Source: an uncultured Actinomycetota bacterium (GTDB lineage: Bacteria > Actinomycetota > Acidimicrobiia > Acidimicrobiales > Bog-793). From it: a stretch of 64,000 bases of DNA. The notes beneath the pieces were generated by a model. It did not search any database and was not told where the DNA came from. It saw only the letters and a list, made by a program, of their open reading frames with translations. Of the stretch, positions 45,180 through 54,796 are shown piece by piece. Numbering within the stretch: the first letter of the stretch is position 1; each line of letters begins with the position of its first letter. The stretch covers positions 1,032,641 to 1,096,640 of the forward strand of contig CAVTJR010000003.1 of assembly GCA_963735115.1 (NCBI GenBank). Reading direction: 5' to 3'. The position numbers and the translations under genes were made by a program.

Positions 45180-47369
45180 ATGAAACAGGTTGCGCAGAAT
45201 TACCGCACGGGCGAGCTGACGGTGCTCGATGTCCCCTCACCGACGTGCCGCCCGGGCGGCGTGCTCGTCCGGTCGCTCTACTCGCTCATCTCGACCGGCA
45301 CAGAGGTCATGAAGGTGAAAGAGGCGAAGCTGTCTCTCGCCGGCAAAGCCCGCGCCCGACCTGAGCAGGTGCGCCAGGTGCTCGACACCGTCGCCCAACA
45401 GGGTCCGATCGCCACCTACAAGAAGGTCATGACCCGTCTGGACTCCTACACGCCGCTCGGGTATTCGCTCTGCGGCGTCGTCAGCGAAGTGGGCGCCGGT
45501 GCCGGCGAGTTCAGCGTGGGCCAGCTCGTGGCGTGCGCTGGAAACGAGCACGCCCTCCACTCGGAAGCGAATTGGGTGCCCACCAACCTCTGTGTGCCGG
45601 TGCCCGACGGTGTGGATCCGAAGCAGGCGGCCTTCGCCACGGTCGGCGCCATCGCCATGCACGGAGTGCGGCGATGCGAGGCTCAGCTCGGGGACACCGC
45701 CTGTGTGATCGGTCTCGGCCTCGTCGGCCAGCTGGCAGTGCAGCTGCTCGTCGCATCCGGCGTCGTCGTCTTCGGCCTGGATCCGGTAGAGGAGCGGTGC
45801 CGCCTGGCCGAGCACGCCGGAGCGCTCGTCTGCGCACCCCCGAGCGGTGACGGGCTCGAAGGCGTCGAGCGCGCCCTGCTGGAGGCGAGCGGAGGGTTGG
45901 GCGCCGACCACATCCTCCTCGTCGCAGGCGGCTCCTCGAACGAGCCGGTCGAGGTGGCCGCTCGGCTGGCCCGCGACCGCGCTCGTATCGTCGATATCGG
46001 CAAGACGCGGCTGGATCTGCCCTGGAACGCCTACTACGAGAAGGAGCTGGACGTCGTGTTCTCGCGCTCGTACGGGCCGGGGCGCTACGACGACCGCTAC
46101 GAGCTGGACGGCATCGACTATCCAGCCGGCTACGTTCGCTGGACCGAACGGCGCAACCTCGCCTGTTTCGTCGACCTCCTCGCCAGGAACTCGCTCGACG
46201 TCGAATCGCTCGTCTCGCACGTCTTCCCCGTTGAGCAGGCTGTCGAGGTGTACGACCGCCTGAGCTCTGGCGAGCTCGGTGGCATCGGTCTGCTCTTCGA
46301 GTACCCGGTGGAGGAAGCCTCCGAGCCCGTGGGCGCCACCTCCCGGGCCGGAGCATCGGTGGGCGAGGACAAGGCGCTGGCGACGCCCGCCGGTCACGCC
46401 CGGAGGCGCACAGGCGGTGTCGGCCTGGGTTTCATCGGAGCCGGCAACTACGCGTCGTCGATGCTCCTCCCGTTCCTTTCGGCCAACGAAGAGGTCGAGC
46501 TCCGCCACGTTGCCACCACGCGCTCGCTCACGGCCATGAACGCCCAGCGGCGCTTCGGATTCCCGACGCTGAGCACGGACGCCGCCGCTGTCCTCGATGA
46601 CGATTCAGTCGATGCGGTCTTCATTGTCACGCGCCACCGCTCGCACGCCGAGTTCGTCTGCCGAGCGCTCGAGGCCGGCAAGACCGTCTTCGTCGAGAAG
46701 CCTCTCGCCCTGTCGCTCGACGAGCTCGACCGCATCCTCGACGTCGTGAAGGCGACGGGAAATGATCGCCTCTTGGTCGGCTTCAACCGACGATTTGCTC
46801 CTCTCCTCACCGACATGAGGAGGCGGTTCGCCCGGCCCATGGCCGGCGCCGTGGCGCGCTACGCCGTCAATGCCGGATCGGTCTCCCACAAGAGCTGGTA
46901 CGCCGACGAGGCGGAGGGGACGCGGTTCGTGGGCGAGGGGGGTCACTTCATCGACACGCTCAGCTGGTGGCTGGATGCCAGCCCGCGAGAGGTGCATGCG
47001 ATGCAGGGCCGCGACCCGAGCGACCTCATCGTCAGTCTCTTGTTCGACAACGGAGCTATCGCCAGCCTCTCTTACGTGACGAACGGGAACTCCCGATTCC
47101 CGAAAGAGATCTTCGAGGCGAGCGCCGCCGGGCGATCGGCCCGGCTTGACAACTTCCGCAGCGCCACGGTGTGGGGCGGGTCTCCTCGCCGCACTCGGCG
47201 TAGCTTCGGTGCGGTCGACAAGGGCCAGCGCGGCCAGCTGGAGGCGTTCGTGGCCTCGGTGCGCACGGGCGGACCCATGCCGATCGATCTCGCGTCGCTC
47301 GTTGCCACGACTCGGGCGACGCTGGCCGTTCGTGACAGCCAAGCCTCCGGGCACGCTGAGGTGCTGTGA
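45180..47369 (+). CDS. Bi-domain oxidoreductase (MDR/alcohol-dehydrogenase-like N-half + Gfo/Idh/MocA C-half)
   Basis: The N-half has MDR-like GroES/Rossmann segments (VIGLGLVGQLAVQLL). The C-half has GLGFIGAGNYASSMLLPFL and FVEKPLAL, typical of Gfo/Idh/MocA. Confidence 0.8.
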   Translation: MKQVAQNYRTGELTVLDVPSPTCRPGGVLVRSLYSLISTGTEVMKVKEAKLSLAGKARARPEQVRQVLDTVAQQGPIATYKKVMTRLDSYTPLGYSLCGVVSEVGAGAGEFSVGQLVACAGNEHALHSEANWVPTNLCVPVPDGVDPKQAAFATVGAIAMHGVRRCEAQLGDTACVIGLGLVGQLAVQLLVASGVVVFGLDPVEERCRLAEHAGALVCAPPSGDGLEGVERALLEASGGLGADHILLVAGGSSNEPVEVAARLARDRARIVDIGKTRLDLPWNAYYEKELDVVFSRSYGPGRYDDRYELDGIDYPAGYVRWTERRNLACFVDLLARNSLDVESLVSHVFPVEQAVEVYDRLSSGELGGIGLLFEYPVEEASEPVGATSRAGASVGEDKALATPAGHARRRTGGVGLGFIGAGNYASSMLLPFLSANEEVELRHVATTRSLTAMNAQRRFGFPTLSTDAAAVLDDDSVDAVFIVTRHRSHAEFVCRALEAGKTVFVEKPLALSLDELDRILDVVKATGNDRLLVGFNRRFAPLLTDMRRRFARPMAGAVARYAVNAGSVSHKSWYADEAEGTRFVGEGGHFIDTLSWWLDASPREVHAMQGRDPSDLIVSLLFDNGAIASLSYVTNGNSRFPKEIFEASAAGRSARLDNFRSATVWGGSPRRTRRSFGAVDKGQRGQLEAFVASVRTGGPMPIDLASLVATTRATLAVRDSQASGHAEVL

Positions 47370-49370
47370 GCCGTCGCCTCTCGTGGTATGCCCACCGTCT
47401 CGGGCGGATGGCTCCGGACGAGCTTGCCTGGAGGGTGCACGACCAGCTCAGGCAGCAGACTTGGAGGCGTCGTCAGGTACGGCCTTCATCGCCCCCGAGC
47501 CGACCGCCGGGGATGCTCGCCGTCCCGAGATTCTGCACGCCGCTCCGCAGTGGCACCCGCGAAGCGTTGCCGGCCGAGGTTCGAGCCGGGCTCGTGGCGG
47601 CAGCCGACGAGCTGCTCGCCGGACGCTGGGAGATCCTCGGAGTGATGCGAACCGACATCGTCCGGCCCGATTGGTTCTTCGATCCGGTCACCGGGCTGAG
47701 AGCACCGCAAGAGAAGTACGCCTTCAGCATCAACCATCGATCCGAGGCGGAAACCGGCAATGTCAAGCAGATCTGGGAGTTGTCGCGGTTGCATCACCTC
47801 ACCTTGTTGGCCGCCGCCTGGTTCGCGAGCGAGGACGGCCGCTACGCCGAGGCGGTGGAGGCCCAGTTGCGGTCGTGGTGGGCGGAGAACCCTTTCCTCT
47901 CCGGAATCCACTGGACGAGCGGGATCGAGCTCGCCGAGCGGCTCATCAGTTGGGTATGGGTGCGCCGCCTCCTCGACGGATGGCCGAGAGCGTCGGCGCT
48001 CTTCGAGGCCAACGTCGATGCTCAGCAGCAGGTGTACTGGCACCAGCACTACCTGGCCAACTTCAGGAGTCGGGGATCATCGGCCAACAACCACGTGATC
48101 GCCGAGGCGGCCGGGCAGCTCATCGCCAGCTGCGCGTTCGATTGGTTCGAGACGAGCGCGCAGTGGCGCATGACATCGGCGTCGCTGTTGAGAGACGAAC
48201 TCGATCGCAATACCTTCCCGAGCGGCCTCAACCGCGAGCAGGCCTCGGAGTACCACGCATTCGTCACCGAGCTCGGCTTGCTGGCAGCCGCTGAGTGTGA
48301 CGCCAGTGACCATCCGCTCGGTGTCGGGACCTGGCGGCGCCTCACCACCATGCTGGACGCCGGAGCCGCCGTCCTCGACGAGCGAGGGGGCTTCGCCCGC
48401 CAGGGCGACGGCGACGACGGCAGGGCGCTGCTGGTCGATCCGCCGGCGGTCGACCGCTGGGACTGCCTGCTCGCGACCGGGGCGGCACTCGTGCATGCGT
48501 CTCCGTGGTGGCCGCCCGCCCGCGCGAGCGTGATGAGCGTCCTCGTGGAAGGGCTCGGCACTCACGTGCGCGAAGTCGCCGCCCGGCCGGCCGAGCGGGT
48601 GTCGCAGTTCTCCGACGCCGGTATGACGCTGCTTCGCTCAAAGCCGCGAGCTGGTCAAAGCGAGATTCTGGTGTCGTTGCGACGGCGGCCCGCACGGGTT
48701 CCTCTCGATAGCGGCTCACGCGCACGCCGACGCACTCTCGCTGGAGGTGCGTTACGGCGGCGTCGACGTGCTTGCCGATCCGGGGACGTACTGCTACCAC
48801 GGCGAACCTGCCTGGCGCCGCTACTTCCGCTCCACCCTCGCCCACAACACCCTCGAGGTCGCCGGAGAGGACCAGTCCGTCTCCGGGGGCCCCTTCCTCT
48901 GGCTCTCCTCCGCCCGCGCGAGCGGTGTCGAGGTCGGCTGCGATGACGAGGGGCGTCCGGTGACCTGGTCGGCTCAACACGACGGCTACGTACGACTCAC
49001 CCCTCCGGCCCTCCATCACCGCAGTGTCTCGCTCGACGAGCGGGAGCGCCGCCTCGACATCGTCGATCGCCTGGACACCGACGGCGAACATCCGCTCAGG
49101 CTGGCGTTTCATCTCGGCCCAGCCGTGCAGGTCGATCTCAGGGGCGCCCTCGCCCGCCTCCGCTGGAGCGTCGAAGACGCCGAAGGCTCCGCCAGATTCG
49201 AGCTGCCGAGCGAGCTCAACTGGACAGAGCATCGGGGTGAGACAGAGCCGATCCTCGGGTGGTACTCGCGTGCCTTCGGGACGAAGGAGCCCTCTGTCAC
49301 GCTCCTTGGCGAGGGCCGCGCCACCCCCGGTCGAACTCAGCTATTGAGCTCCATCACGTTCTCGCCGTAA
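47366..49370 (+). pseudogene. Heparinase II/III-like (alginate-lyase-superfamily) protein, single frameshift near 48668
   Basis: The N-part 47366-48665 is in one frame. The conserved CRCDGGPHGFLSIAAHAHADALSLEVRYGGVDVLADPGTYCYH continues in the +1 frame, which is open from 48627, and runs to the stop at 49370. No signal peptide. Confidence 0.75.
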
Positions 49371-49385
49371 CGGGCCGGAGAGCAG

Positions 49386-50243
49386 CTACCGTCGAACGGC
49401 CATGAAGGACTTGGTGAGACCGGCGACTCGTTCGTGGAAGATCTCGGCGTCGGGAAACAACTGGCGCATCTTGGCCTCCGACAGCAGGTGAAAGTCCGGA
49501 ATCGTCTTCTTCACCCAAAAGCGGTTGGCGAAGCGGATGACCGCCATCTGGGCCGGCCGAGGCAACCAACCAAGGAACGGCAGCCAGCTGTGGGACTCGA
49601 TCGGGAATCCCAAGGCGGGCGTCTGGACGAAATAGCCCTTGCCAACTCGGCGAATCTCGCTCGCGAATGCGTGCTGCTGCTCGAAGGCCAGCCCGGCGAA
49701 CTCACGGCCGGAGCGAATCCGCCACACGTCCGCCTTCGGGACGGTGACGTGCTCAATCACCGACGAGCAGTAGACAACGTCGAACTCGCCGTCGGCGAAG
49801 GGCAACGGGCCTGTCTCTGTGAGAACCACCGGCGTGAACCCGTACTTGTCTGCCCCCCTCGCAAGCGCCCCGGTATCGATGTCTGCGATCGTGACCTGAG
49901 CGTCGAGCCCGAGGGCGGCAGTCTCCCGGCCGTCGGACGACCCGAGGTCAAGCAGCTTGTCAGAGGGGCCGAGGGGAAACATCTCGCGCCAAAGGCGAGC
50001 ACGCTTTGCCCGCACCCGCTTCTGAAAGGACTCCACGAGCCCTGTGATGGCCGCCAAATCGCCAATCTCCTTCTGACCGTCGACGATATCAGTACCCGAA
50101 GCTGCGACGATCCAGCCGGCCGGGTCGGATCTTTGCCTGCAGCGGCCCGGAAGCCAGCAAGGCCGTGTTCCGCGTGGCCGTGTCCGCCTAGGCGGGAGCC
50201 TCGAAGGTGCCGAGGGTGCCGTCGTTGTGATCAGCTCCGACAA
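49386..50243 (-). CDS. Class I SAM-dependent methyltransferase
   Basis: Motif I is LLDLGSSDG and a later motif is FDVVYCSSVIEHV. The N-terminal roughly 45 codons are Arg-rich and overlap the upstream gene, so the true start is probably internal (about 50036-50057). Confidence 0.65.
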   Translation of the reverse strand: MSELITTTAPSAPSRLPPRRTRPRGTRPCWLPGRCRQRSDPAGWIVAASGTDIVDGQKEIGDLAAITGLVESFQKRVRAKRARLWREMFPLGPSDKLLDLGSSDGRETAALGLDAQVTIADIDTGALARGADKYGFTPVVLTETGPLPFADGEFDVVYCSSVIEHVTVPKADVWRIRSGREFAGLAFEQQHAFASEIRRVGKGYFVQTPALGFPIESHSWLPFLGWLPRPAQMAVIRFANRFWVKKTIPDFHLLSEAKMRQLFPDAEIFHERVAGLTKSFMAVRR

Positions 50244-51732
50244 GCACGACGGAGGCGATCGGGAGCTCGGCCCCGCGGAGCATCTCGGCTACGCCTCGCA
50301 GTCTCGTCGCGCTCGAGCGCCCTGCGGTCACCACGACGACGGCCTCGCTTGCCCACTCAGCGAGATCAAGCCGATCTCCAGGCCGAAGCTCCAAGAGCAC
50401 GACGGTCGTGTCCGAACCAGAGCTGGTGCCCGCATGACGTCGCGTCGGGAGCGGTTCGGGGATCGCCTCGTCGATGGCGTCGTCGTCCGACGGGACGATC
50501 ACCAACACAGGTTCGTCCGCCCCGTCGAAGGGTACCTCGTGGGCGCCTGCTTCCTTCAGGCCGAAGAGTCGGCCGAGCAGGCGCTCGGGAGAGAGGTCGA
50601 CGACGGTGACGTGCTTGTTCTCGACGGCGAGAGTCCTCACGGCACCGCAGATAGCCAGGGCGGCGGGGTCGATGCTGTCGACCGCCACAACGGCCAGACC
50701 TCTCGGACCGTGAGCGTCGCCGAGGAGGGCTCGCAGATGTCGCGCCAACCGGTTCACCGGCTTGCCCGGGTGCGTCAATCGTCGGCGAAGTCGCCACAGA
50801 CGCATCCATCGGGGGGAGTGGAACCCGTCGATGCTCAACCTCACGGACGCCTCGAGAGCAGAGGCGATCTCGTCACGCCGGCGAAGACGATCCGAGACGA
50901 CCGTTTGCAAGGCCACAAATCCGAGGCCTACGACGAGACCGCCGATGAGCCCGAAGCCACCGTCGACCGCAACTCGCTTCGCCGCCGAGTGCTTGTTCAA
51001 GGTGGCAGTGCCGAGAGTGTGGCTCCCACTGACGATTGAGCTCGTCACGCTGTTGTCGGCGGTGATGGTCGACTGAATCGAGGCCGCCTGCTGTTGGTAC
51101 TGACTCAGCTCATTCTGGAGCGGTGCGGTCGAACTACCGGACGCTGCCTGGGCAATTCGCAGGTAGAGGGACTGCACGGTGGCGTCCAGGGAGGCCTCGG
51201 TCTGCTCGAGAATGGCGACGGTGGAGTGATTCTGCGCCTCGTACAGCTGGGTCCGCACGTTCAGGAACACGGCGGCCAAGGTGCTCGTGCGTAGCAGTGC
51301 CGCGGAGGGCGTAGCCGCGCTGACGCTCACCTGCAGCAGCGCATCGCTGACCACGACGACTTGGCAATCCGACAGCAGCTGGTTGGCCGTCAAGGAGAGC
51401 CGCAGGCGGTTGACGACGTCTTGGGCCACCGTGGCCGTGTCGGCGATGGCGGCATCATTCGCCATGTCCAGGGTCTGGTCGTCGGCCGGGTTGTGGAAGA
51501 GGAGCAGAGAGCTCGTCGCGGTGTACTTCGGCGTGATGACCACCGTGACGGCTAGTCCGAGGACGAGACCGATGATGGCGGTGATCACCCAGAGGCGGCG
51601 GCGCCGACGGAGGGCACCCATCACGGTGCGGATGGCGACGAACTGCTCGACCGGGCGTCCAGGCGTCCGTGAGGTGCTGCCGTCGTCCAGTGGCTCGTCG
51701 ATCGGGACGTACCCGGGGTCCTCGACGGTCAT
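50188..51732 (-). CDS. Wzz/polysaccharide co-polymerase fused to degenerate BY-kinase-like domain (paralog 1)
   Basis: A periplasmic-type coiled region lies between two TM segments. The junction is SDRLRRRDEIASALEASV. The C-terminal ParA/MinD-like fold (LAVVAVDSIDPAALAICGAVRTLAVENKHVTVVDL) has no GK[ST]. Confidence 0.7.
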   Translation of the reverse strand: MTVEDPGYVPIDEPLDDGSTSRTPGRPVEQFVAIRTVMGALRRRRRLWVITAIIGLVLGLAVTVVITPKYTATSSLLLFHNPADDQTLDMANDAAIADTATVAQDVVNRLRLSLTANQLLSDCQVVVVSDALLQVSVSAATPSAALLRTSTLAAVFLNVRTQLYEAQNHSTVAILEQTEASLDATVQSLYLRIAQAASGSSTAPLQNELSQYQQQAASIQSTITADNSVTSSIVSGSHTLGTATLNKHSAAKRVAVDGGFGLIGGLVVGLGFVALQTVVSDRLRRRDEIASALEASVRLSIDGFHSPRWMRLWRLRRRLTHPGKPVNRLARHLRALLGDAHGPRGLAVVAVDSIDPAALAICGAVRTLAVENKHVTVVDLSPERLLGRLFGLKEAGAHEVPFDGADEPVLVIVPSDDDAIDEAIPEPLPTRRHAGTSSGSDTTVVLLELRPGDRLDLAEWASEAVVVVTAGRSSATRLRGVAEMLRGAELPIASVVLVGADHNDGTLGTFEAPA

Positions 51733-51819
51733 GACATCTCCGACATGGCGCCCGCACCACGTTCGACGTCGCCAGTCACCCGCCCGGTCCGCGCTCGGTG
51801 CGCCCGGAGGTGACTGGGT

Positions 51820-53181
51820 TCATCGCACACTGTTCTTCGTCTCGTTGATACGCCTCGGCGTGTGCAGGCTCCCGAGCCTCGGCGGTCGTCCCGTGGTCCG
51901 ATCCGTCGGCTCCGGGTTCACGACAACGACGCCCGCAAGGGTCTGCTGAAGGCGGACGGCGCCGCTCGCGATCACCTCGAGCTCTTCGGCGACGGCGAAG
52001 CCAGAAGAGACCGCCAGAACCGTCGATGTCGACGAGCTGCCCGACGCTGGAGCCGGGCGCCAGTCCACCATGTCGGCTGACTCGGGGTCCACGACGACGA
52101 GGGTGACATGGAGGGCGTGACGCTTCTGCTTCACGTCGGGTGGGGAGTCGTAGGTGACGAGGTTCCAAGGGTCGGGAGGCTCGCTTGCCCGCTTGGCGCA
52201 CGCCTGCCGCAGCTTCGCCGTCGAATCGTGATCGTCCGCCACGACGAACACCACCGGCAGCCCGAGAGCCGCCGCGAATGACGCCAGTTCGGGCGCGACA
52301 GCCAGGGCAGAATCATCACCGGCGAGCGTGAGCACCGTGACTTCGGGCCCGCGAGCGGCAGCCGCCGCCGTCGCACCGCCTCGCGATCCCCGCGATGCGA
52401 CTCGGGGTGACGAGGCAGGCTGCAGCCCCTCCCGACTGCTAGGGATGTCCAGATCAGACAGGAGGCCGTGCAGGCGTGCCTTCTCGGCGACGGCCGGCTG
52501 CCAGCCGTCGAAGAGTTCGACCCATTGCTCGGGCGTCTTTCGCTGCTGAGGAGTCAACGACTGGAGTACGGGCGCCTGCACTGCCGAGGCGATGTCGTCA
52601 CGCCGCCGCAACCGTCGGTCTCGGCGGCCGAGCACAAAAGCCACGATCGCCGCGATCACGAGACCGGCGAGGCCACCGAGCACCATCAGCTCCGGGTACC
52701 GCAACGAGGAAGGGTGTGTCGCCGTCGTGGCGTTCTGTTCGATGACGGTGCCAGGCGCCCCCGTCCCCTTATAGGCGATGAATTGCGCCGCCACCGCGTT
52801 GGCGAGTGCTTCGGCTGCCCGCGGCGTCGATCCCTCTGCAGTGATCTGTACGACGTCGTCGGTCAGAGCCGTCACGCCGACACGGCGTTGCAGCGTCGAA
52901 TAGCCGAGATGGAGCCCGATCGACCTTGCCGCCGGGTCGAGCACGCCCTGGGTCGTGGCGATCGCCACCTCGGTGGCGATGTCGCGCGTCGGCACATCCG
53001 AACCGGGTTGAAGGGGAGATGGCGGCAACTCGACAAGGGCGGTAGCAGAGTCCATCGCAGGCGACACGAGCGTATAGGCGAGGCCGCCGACGAGGCCGAC
53101 GAGGGCCAAGGCGACGAGGAGCCAGGGATACCGACGGATGATGTGCAACGACTCCCGAAGATTCAGGACTTGCTCGTCCAT
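51820..53181 (-). CDS. Wzz/PCP-like protein with degenerate kinase-like domain (paralog 2)
   Basis: A TM segment follows MDEQVLNLRESLHIIRRYPWLLVALALVG. The second TM segment is followed by RRDRRLRRRDDIASAVQAPV. The C-terminal domain has no Walker A. Confidence 0.65.
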   Translation of the reverse strand: MDEQVLNLRESLHIIRRYPWLLVALALVGLVGGLAYTLVSPAMDSATALVELPPSPLQPGSDVPTRDIATEVAIATTQGVLDPAARSIGLHLGYSTLQRRVGVTALTDDVVQITAEGSTPRAAEALANAVAAQFIAYKGTGAPGTVIEQNATTATHPSSLRYPELMVLGGLAGLVIAAIVAFVLGRRDRRLRRRDDIASAVQAPVLQSLTPQQRKTPEQWVELFDGWQPAVAEKARLHGLLSDLDIPSSREGLQPASSPRVASRGSRGGATAAAAARGPEVTVLTLAGDDSALAVAPELASFAAALGLPVVFVVADDHDSTAKLRQACAKRASEPPDPWNLVTYDSPPDVKQKRHALHVTLVVVDPESADMVDWRPAPASGSSSTSTVLAVSSGFAVAEELEVIASGAVRLQQTLAGVVVVNPEPTDRTTGRPPRLGSLHTPRRINETKNSVR

Positions 53182-53559
53182 TACGTCCCCTTCTCGGACT
53201 CACCCGGATTGACCAGCGCTTTCGGTCGCGAGGCGAGTCGGAGCAGCGCAACGCCTGCAGTTCTGCCACGATGACGTCCGCCGTCATCATTCGATCTGGT
53301 CATCGGCATGTGGTCACGAACACCCAACACCATCAGGGGACTTGTCGTCCTCGCCCTCACCCGCTTCCCGACAAGACTAGCGGCTCCAAGTCAGGCCGAA
53401 GAATCGCCCAGCCGCCTGCACCTCTCGTCGCCCATGAGGCACGCATAGCGAACACAGGTTCGCTTTGAGTGTCCCGTTGCCGCCGATATCGCCCGCGATG
53501 TGCTGCGGGCAGCCGTCGCTTGTTGGCGTCGGCTCGGGACCTCGCAGCGCCGCTTCTTG

Positions 53560-54792
53560 TCAGCCGGAGGGTGCGCCGGCCCTCGCGACGAAAACCGGGT
53601 TGTCGATGGCGAAATGGTAGATGTCGATGAGGCGTTTGAGATTCTCGCCGGGATCGAAACGTCCGCCGTAGGTCTCCCGGGCTGCCTTGCCGTACCGCTC
53701 GTACCGGGCTGGATTGGCCTCTATGTCCACAAGGATGGTGGCGAGTGAGGCGGCATTTCGCGGGTCGAAGAGGACGCCGTCGGTGCCGTCGGTGATCAGC
53801 TCCGGAAAAGGCCCATGGCCGGCAGCCACCGGGGGCGCGCCGGCTGCCATTGCCTCGACAACCACCAAGCCGAACGTCTCCTCGCATTGAGAGGGCAGGA
53901 TGACGGCTCTAGCTCGCGCCATGATCTCTGAGCACTCCTGGGCGCTCACGATGCCGAGGACCGAGACCGCCGGTCGCGAGGCAGCCCACTGCGCCACCCG
54001 CGCCTCGAGCGGACCTCCGCCGGCGATGGTCAGCCGCAGAGGCGCACCGGTGGCGCCCGCCTGAAACCTGTCCCATGCCTCCATGAGGAAGAGGATTCCC
54101 TTTGCCTCGTCGAGCCTGCCGATGTAGGCGACGAGAGGTTCGCGCACCGTCGGCGCAGCCATGGGAGGGATTCTTGGAATCAGGTTCGCTTTGACGAAGG
54201 TTCTGTCGGGCGGAAGGGCGAGATCCTTGAAGGTGGCGCGCTGGGACTCGGAGACGAACACGTACGCCGATCCCTTCGTGCGCCACGTTGCGCGATTCAC
54301 GAGGGTGCTCATCACGACGGGCGCCGTCGCTGCAGCCGAGTGCCGGTAGCAGCGGTGGACCAGGGCCGGAATCGGCACGCGTCGCGCGACACAGTCGTGG
54401 CAGACCCTCCCGTCGCGAAACAGGCCCGTATCGGCTGCGCACAGCAAGCGGTAGTTATGGATGGAGATGACGGCCGGCACACGCTGGCGAACACAAGCGT
54501 GCAGCACCGAAGGGCTGATGAGCGGGAAGGTGTTGTGGATGTGCACGACGTCGGGTCGCGATCGGTGCAGCACCTGACTGAGCGACCTGCGGCTCTCGTC
54601 GCTCCAGACGACGCGTGCGGGCAGGAGCGCACGTGCAGGCAGCGACCAGCCTTCGATGTCGTCGCTGTAGCGCTCGAACTGCTCCACCGTGTGGCCGGCT
54701 GCGAGCAAAGCGTTCCGTTCCTGGTCGACGACGCGGTTCTCACCGCTCGGCGCGCCCGAACGGTACCGGTTGTGTACGACGAGGACCCTCAT
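53560..54792 (-). CDS. Glycosyltransferase family 4
   Basis: MRVLVVHNRYRSGAPSGENRVV ... EETFGLVVVEAMAAGAP (E-x7-E region). Confidence 0.85.
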   Translation of the reverse strand: MRVLVVHNRYRSGAPSGENRVVDQERNALLAAGHTVEQFERYSDDIEGWSLPARALLPARVVWSDESRRSLSQVLHRSRPDVVHIHNTFPLISPSVLHACVRQRVPAVISIHNYRLLCAADTGLFRDGRVCHDCVARRVPIPALVHRCYRHSAAATAPVVMSTLVNRATWRTKGSAYVFVSESQRATFKDLALPPDRTFVKANLIPRIPPMAAPTVREPLVAYIGRLDEAKGILFLMEAWDRFQAGATGAPLRLTIAGGGPLEARVAQWAASRPAVSVLGIVSAQECSEIMARARAVILPSQCEETFGLVVVEAMAAGAPPVAAGHGPFPELITDGTDGVLFDPRNAASLATILVDIEANPARYERYGKAARETYGGRFDPGENLKRLIDIYHFAIDNPVFVARAGAPSG

Positions 54793-54796
54793 CGGG

